A stretch of 64,000 nucleotides of DNA from Diplonema japonicum. Lineage: Eukaryota; Protista; Euglenozoa: Diplonemea. The stretch lies in the NCBI GenBank assembly GCA_964019335.1, contig OZ025657.1:62001-126000 (forward strand). Direction: 5' to 3'. This document shows positions 58,480 to 64,000 of the stretch, piece after piece. A program made the translations under genes and the position numbers. The stretch's first letter is position 1; the number at the start of each line of letters is the position of its first letter. The notes under the pieces were generated by a model that made no database searches, was not told the DNA's origin, and saw nothing but the letters and a program-made list of their open reading frames with translations.

Positions 58480-60469
58480 TCAGGGTGCCTCACTCATGAC
58501 AGGTGGCATCATCAAATTATGCCTGGCTCTGGGTGCAGTAATGCCCGAGAGAAAATCTTCCATTTCACGAATTTGCTTAAAGACAGTATCCACAGATGTA
58601 TTGGTCTGTGGAAGTTGCCGAGCTGAGCCAACCTTCGGGGAAGTAAGATCCCGTTTAGGGGCCGAAGCCCGGCGAGGAGTGGCCTGACCCACAGGCACAG
58701 GAACAACAACAGACGTAACCGGCTGAGGTACTTGCGACACTGAGACGCCTCTTGCACTGACCGCAGGAGAGCTGGAAGGCGTTCTGTTGTTTTGCTTTGT
58801 CAGGCAACCACTATACCTATTCCTCGCCCAGTCGTCGGCCATGGACAAATCTGCTGACCAGCCCGACTCGAAGCTCTGCAGCCCCCCTCGCTGTGTCTCT
58901 TTCAGCAGCTCCTTTAACCGCGATTCGTAACTGCATTTTTTTTTATGGTTAAGAGCAACACCACCCAACACACCTTAACTTTTTGGTCTCTTCCCTCAGC
59001 TTGTCCCTCAGCCTATCTCCAAGGTCCGGCTTCCTCACAGGGCTCGTCTCCAGTTCGTGTCTCGCAGGTTGGCTGTGCTGTATGCTGTACCTCTCACGGA
59101 GGTTCTGCTCGAGGTATGACAAGTTTTCCTGCTTTGGAACACTGACCTCGACGGGGCGGTGTTTGGTGTAGACAGACGGGGACATGAGGGGCCTCGGGGA
59201 CATGGATCGTCGGTGGGTGACAGTGGGTGTTGTGGCCATATGTGGTGAAGGCACGACACGTGCCGAAGCACGAATCTTTGCAAAGTGTGTGGTCGAGGTG
59301 GGGGCGGCGGTCGTCCAGATCTCTGCCGCCCGCATGGCGTGTTCGAGGTAGATCTCAGAAAGCGCGTGCAGCGCCTGCGCGTGACTTGCCAGCAAATGAG
59401 ACGAGCGCTTTTCATAATTCTGTGCTTCTGCTTGCTGCGTGCATGCAGCCTTCCACGTGCTCTGTACCGCCTTTGAGTTTTCCTCTGCTGCTGCTTCCCG
59501 CTCCGCAATTTCCGCATACTCAAAAAGAAGCCTCTCCCTGCTCGCTGCATAATCTGCTCTCTCCTTCTGCAATGCTTCATCCAAAGCCTTCACCTCCGCC
59601 TCCCTTTGGTCCATCTCCGCTTCCCTGCTGGCAAGCTCGATTTCCTTGTGCTGGATCCTGGACGCCTTTGCCTCCCATATCTCGCATTCGCTGACCCTTG
59701 CCTGAGTCTCCTTCAGATTCGCTTCGGCTTGCTTCTCCCGAGCAGCAAGGAGTTCCTCGGCCCGTTGCAGTTCTCTCCTCTCCATCAAGACCCGTCGTGT
59801 GACGTGCTGGTGTTCATCGTCAGTGATGTCGCCGCTGTGCAGCCTGGACTCGAGCGACTTTGCTTCAATCTCCGCGTCGAGCTTGTAGATCCGCTTCTTG
59901 CGGTCGTCGAGGAGGTTGCTGTGGTAGGTGACCTGCTCCTGCAGCTGGGAGAGTGTCGTGCGGAGCGTCTCTGTTTGGCCGTACATCTCTTCCTTCTGCT
60001 TGAGGGACTTGGCGGTACGCATGGCGTCGTCTGCCTGTGAGGAGGCTATCTTCTGCCACATGCGTGCCGAGACATCGAGCCACATGGACCGCTTCGAGGC
60101 AAGAGAATCAGAGACGTAGATCTGGTTCATCATGATACACGCCTCATACTGCGCCTCGGCGCGTGACATGATGATGTCGTGTTCGCGAGTGTCGAACGAG
60201 CTAGTGTGCGGCATGAGTGGCGGGCCCATCGCACGGAGCTCCAGTGGCGTCAGCGGGGTCTTCTCTTCTGCAAATGAGTCGTTCTTAACATTCATCATCT
60301 GCAGTTCATCCCATAGCGGCGGCGTCACTGGGGGGCAGTTCCCTCTGACCGAATCGGCACCAGCGGCCACAGGCGTATCACCGTCACCGCCTTCGCTGCC
60401 ATCTGGGTTCAGTGGCGGAGTCTTGTCAATGACAGGGATGCTGTGGATCTCGGTGGGGGCGCTCACCAT
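58480..60469 (-). CDS. Coiled-coil hypothetical protein; intron 58931-58973
   Basis: A GTGTG..TGCAG 43-nt intron joins the 566-aa and 163-aa ORFs (KKLS/YESRLKELL). Likely start MVSAPTE. Confidence 0.65.
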
Positions 60470-61087
60470 GGTCCCCCGCGCCCTCCTGCTGTGAAGTGGT
60501 GAAGGTTCTTTAATTGAAGGGTAGAATAAAAGAATAATAGGATATTTGTAAATATAGACAGAAAAAAATGGTCTTCTGCACACTGCCCCGTCCTCTCGCC
60601 ATTCGAAGCTGCGTAGATAAACGCTCCGTTTGACCTGATAGTGGGACACGTGGCAAAAGAATTACCTAGAGAGAGGGAGATATACGTTCGAGAGGGATAG
60701 AACATATTCCGAGTTATCGGTTTAAAAAAAAAAAGGAACAAAATCGTGCGCCAGTCCAACTCTTGCTCCGCCGGAGAGGGCCGCAGTTAAAAAAGGGAAA
60801 GGCTTACTAGGGCCAGTCTTTTGTTCCAACTCATTCTTTCCCCTTCCTTCTTTGTGAGGCCACAAGGAGGAAGGAGAAAGAAGTTATGCACTAGCAAAGG
60901 TAACATAAGGAGAGGAAAAAGAAGAGGAAAGGGAAACTGTTGCTGTCCCAAATCATCTTTTGGTGGAGAATTAATAGTAAGTAGAAGAAAGAAGCCTTCC
61001 AAGGCGGTGTTAGACTTCTTCTCATTCATAGAATGAGGCAAACAGAAAAATTAGTAGCGACGTCCCTCCTGCTTTTCTTTCCTATCA

Positions 61088-62791
61088 TTAGAAATGAGGG
61101 GTCTCGAAGCAGGTGCATCTGCGCCCTTGGGGCCCAGGGTGGATAGGGCCTGCCCCCCTGGGGCACATGGGCTTGTCCTCACACCCTGTTCTGTGGTCGT
61201 AATCGCACAGCTCCTCCTCCATGGAGCACCCCTCCTTGTCCTTCAGGGAACACTGCCTCCCGGAAGAGCGCACAAAGACCGCGAAGTGGAGGAGCTTTCT
61301 GGTGAGGTGTATCACGAAAGGGGGAGAGTCTGCCTCCACCTGCAGCTTGAAGATCACGGCGGGGTGGTGCGGGATGTAGGTTGGAGCCGCAGGGAATGTG
61401 GGGAGGTACCTGGGTCCGCAGCCCGAAGCCTCGAAGCCTGCATTCAGAAGCTCCTTCGGGAAGCCCCCGTTCAGAGCGGAGCTGCACGGGAGGCAGTTGT
61501 GGATGGTCACGTAGAAGGTGCACGGGTCGTCGTGGTGCGCGCTGTCCTCACCACGCGGGCATGTCAGCCTCAGCTTCATCCCCTCCATCCCGAACCCTCC
61601 CATGTGCGCCGTCGACTTCTCCAGCCACTTCGGGATCCGCACCCACCGCTGCTCGTTCACCTCGTCCCCAACCCACACCCCCATCGGGCCTTCCATCCCC
61701 TCTCTTTCTACCTCCTTTATTGTTATTACAGGGGTCGTCGCTCCCCCGATCAGCTCCACCATCCCCTTGTTCTTCGGGACGTTTTCGAACAAGATGTCGT
61801 AGATGTTCAGCCCGCTGGCCTCGTCCCCACTCCCGAAGATGTAACCCCCATCAGCAACAATGACGAGGAGGAAGCCGGAGGTATCTTGCCCGAGAAGCTT
61901 GATGGTGTTCGGGGTCGGCTCGTTCACTACGATGAGGCCCTGGTCCTTGCAGGCAAGGTACAGCTTCGAGTTGTAGAGCTGGATCGACGTGCAGCGCGCC
62001 TGGCCAGCCAGAGGGGAAGGCAGGGTCAGGGCCACCAGCATCCCCGTTCCCGCGTCGAATTTCACGAGAGCCCCCATGTGGCTGTCCGTCACCCCGTAGA
62101 TGTGGCCCTTCCAGTAGATCCCCTGGAACACGGTAAAGCTACCGATGTCGAAGTGGGGGAAGCTGCGCTCCACCTCAGGCGTCGCGGGGTCCGACACGTC
62201 GATCACAACGATGCTGTGCCGAGACATCGTGGCGTACACCTTCCCGTTGAACCACACAGAGCTCGTGTGCGTGTCCATCCCGGGGATCTTCAAGTGCCCC
62301 ACCTCCATCAGCGTGCTCTTCCTCAACACGATGAACCAAGTTACAGGGTCAAAAAACCCCCCATCCTCGTGGCAGGTCAGGTAAATGTGGTCGGGCGACT
62401 GCTCCAGGAACCTCCCCCCGCGGGTCTTCGTGCAGCCCCTAGGGTAGTTGTAGGTCTTCACGAGAACAGGTGCTTTGGGGTCACTGAGGTCGTAAGACCT
62501 GATCTTCGTCGAGAAGGCGATGTACAGCATCCCCTTTCCGTCCGTCAGAAGACTCCTCCCGTCCAGCGGGTCCATCCTCCCCACCTCTTGAGGGTCTGCT
62601 TTGTCGCTCACCCTGTGGATGTGAACCTTGTCCTCATCCTTCAGCAGATAAGTGTAGTCCCCCTCCTTCGCCATGTCGTACACGTTCCCAGGGACAGCGA
62701 GGGAGGCGATCAGCTTAATCTCATCAGAGCCCAGGTGAGAGGCCACGGCACAGCCGAGCACCGCAACAAGCAGCAGAACTGGTTTCGTCAT
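61088..62791 (-). CDS. Secreted LVIVD-repeat beta-propeller protein with Cys-rich C-terminal domain
   Basis: Signal peptide MTKPVLLLVAVLGCAVAS. Repeats RSYDLSDPKAP, IVVIDVSDPATP, LYLACKDQGLIVV. C-terminal HNCLPCSSALNGG domain. Confidence 0.75.
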   Translation of the reverse strand: MTKPVLLLVAVLGCAVASHLGSDEIKLIASLAVPGNVYDMAKEGDYTYLLKDEDKVHIHRVSDKADPQEVGRMDPLDGRSLLTDGKGMLYIAFSTKIRSYDLSDPKAPVLVKTYNYPRGCTKTRGGRFLEQSPDHIYLTCHEDGGFFDPVTWFIVLRKSTLMEVGHLKIPGMDTHTSSVWFNGKVYATMSRHSIVVIDVSDPATPEVERSFPHFDIGSFTVFQGIYWKGHIYGVTDSHMGALVKFDAGTGMLVALTLPSPLAGQARCTSIQLYNSKLYLACKDQGLIVVNEPTPNTIKLLGQDTSGFLLVIVADGGYIFGSGDEASGLNIYDILFENVPKNKGMVELIGGATTPVITIKEVEREGMEGPMGVWVGDEVNEQRWVRIPKWLEKSTAHMGGFGMEGMKLRLTCPRGEDSAHHDDPCTFYVTIHNCLPCSSALNGGFPKELLNAGFEASGCGPRYLPTFPAAPTYIPHHPAVIFKLQVEADSPPFVIHLTRKLLHFAVFVRSSGRQCSLKDKEGCSMEEELCDYDHRTGCEDKPMCPRGAGPIHPGPQGRRCTCFETPHF

Positions 62792-63299
62792 GGCGGTGTA
62801 ATAGAGAATACTCTCAAACCTGGAGACACTTATGACTTCAGTTGGCATTGTGAAAGTAATTCTTTTAAAATAAAGGGGAACTAGATACGAAGAAATAACA
62901 GGAGGGAAGTGACAAGTTCAAGTTGTCGCATTATTTTTACGGTTCATCGCATTCATAGGGCGTTCGGAAGTTAGAAGGCAAATGTGCACACGAATCCTTG
63001 TTGCTATTTGGGGAAATAAGCAAGACAATCGTATTTGTGTTCGAAATTCTTTCTTTTCTTGTTCTCATCCCCGCCTCATCTTCCTTTTGTGGACCCTCTT
63101 CCCATTTTATTTTTCTTGCGTCTCACCGTTCCGTTGCAGCTTCCTTCCGTTGACTATCATCACGGGAAACTCAGGAATGTAAGAAACAAGCAAAAAATAA
63201 AAACGGATGCAGATTAGAAATAAGTCTGTACGCGTATGGGTCCTTTCAAAGAAAAGGTGGAAGAAAAGTAACAATGAGAGGGGGAGGGCTCAGGACAGC

Positions 63300-64000
63300 T
63301 CAAAACGAGTAGCACCGTGTTCGAAAATCGAACAATTCCTCGTCGATCTCGACCTTGCCCTGCTGCTTGCAGGAGGAGAGACCAACCGAGACAAGGAGGG
63401 GGACAAAATGATCAGCGCTGCCAGGGTGGGCAGAGAAAAAGTGAGGAGCTCGTCTGTAATTGAGAAGCATCTCCTCCCTGCGGTGGGGATCAGGTGTCGT
63501 CACTGCCTCATTCACCCACGCCCGGAACTCATCCTGCTGCGTGACTGTCATACTCCCGTGAATGTCAGACCCAGAAGCTATCAGGAGCGCGTTGTGTTGC
63601 TCAACAAGAGGTGCCAAGGCTTTTCCTAACCGCAGATGAAACTCTGCGTCCTGCTTGCCGTTCAGAGAAATCGCCAGCACAGGAATGTCCGCCTTCGGGA
63701 ACATTAACATCAAAGGTATGAAGACCCCATGGTCCAGCCCACGCTTGTCGTCATGAAGCACTTTGATGTTGTGCTTGGCAAGCAGCGGGACAGCTTGCTT
63801 CGCCACCTCAGGAGCCCCCGGTGCTGGGTACTCGTACTCATAAGCCTCCTTGGGGAACCCACCGTAGTCGAACAGGAGCTTGTGGGATTTCGCGCTGCTG
63901 ATGTACACTGTGTCCCGTTCCTGACACTCCCAGTGAGCCGTCACCACCACCAGAAGCTTCGGGTGGGTGGTTACGCACAGTTTTTGAAGCTTTTTCGTGT
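63300..64000 (-). CDS. LigB-family extradiol ring-cleavage dioxygenase (4,5-DOPA dioxygenase/YgiD-like); 5' end outside window
   Basis: VVTAHWE, DYGGFPKEAYEYEYPAPG, RGLDHGVFIPL..PKADIPV, SGSDIH, AHPGSADHFVPL. Confidence 0.9.
   Translation of the reverse strand, partial: TKKLQKLCVTTHPKLLVVVTAHWECQERDTVYISSAKSHKLLFDYGGFPKEAYEYEYPAPGAPEVAKQAVPLLAKHNIKVLHDDKRGLDHGVFIPLMLMFPKADIPVLAISLNGKQDAEFHLRLGKALAPLVEQHNALLIASGSDIHGSMTVTQQDEFRAWVNEAVTTPDPHRREEMLLNYRRAPHFFSAHPGSADHFVPLLVSVGLSSCKQQGKVEIDEELFDFRTRCYSF

Noticed and set aside
61094-62884. 596-aa plus-strand ORF overlapping the LVIVD gene
   Set aside because: Antisense frame left open by GC-rich codon bias; no protein-like features.

Overview
Gene-dense eukaryotic nuclear DNA, most likely a euglenozoan and probably a diplonemid. 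This is inferred from three things: all ~30 recognisable genes lie head-to-tail on the minus strand with short spacers, there are two kinetoplastid-type class I aldolases with N-terminal PTS2 signals, and cis-introns are frequent. The ORF track fragments many genes. Manual translation shows they are split by ~38 introns, mostly 30-47 nt and GTATG...AG. Removing them restores conserved C-termini: a Rheb CAAX box, the aldolase YIKGNTY end, the AKR IPRS motif and a channel IQ-like motif. Genes include CTR9, FAM91A1, a MARCH-type RING-CH ligase, a Rheb-like GTPase, an amino-acid permease, a GH6 cellulase, an SP-RING (PIAS-like) protein, a four-domain Ca2+-type channel, an aldo/keto reductase, an LVIVD propeller and a LigB/DODA dioxygenase. 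Main novelties: (1) a gene missing from the ORF track fuses LRRs, an IFT46-like N-terminal region and an ODA16/DAW1-like WD40 propeller; (2) a micro-intron system with strong 3' positional bias, near absence of phase 1, A/C-rich 3' ends and a recurrent GCAC motif; (3) a degenerate pseudo-myosin with a repeat block inserted after switch II; (4) a 416-bp insertion with a 13-bp target-site duplication inside a 32-nt intron; (5) a nested inverted-repeat element. All splice models and family assignments were made by eye, without RNA data or database searches.
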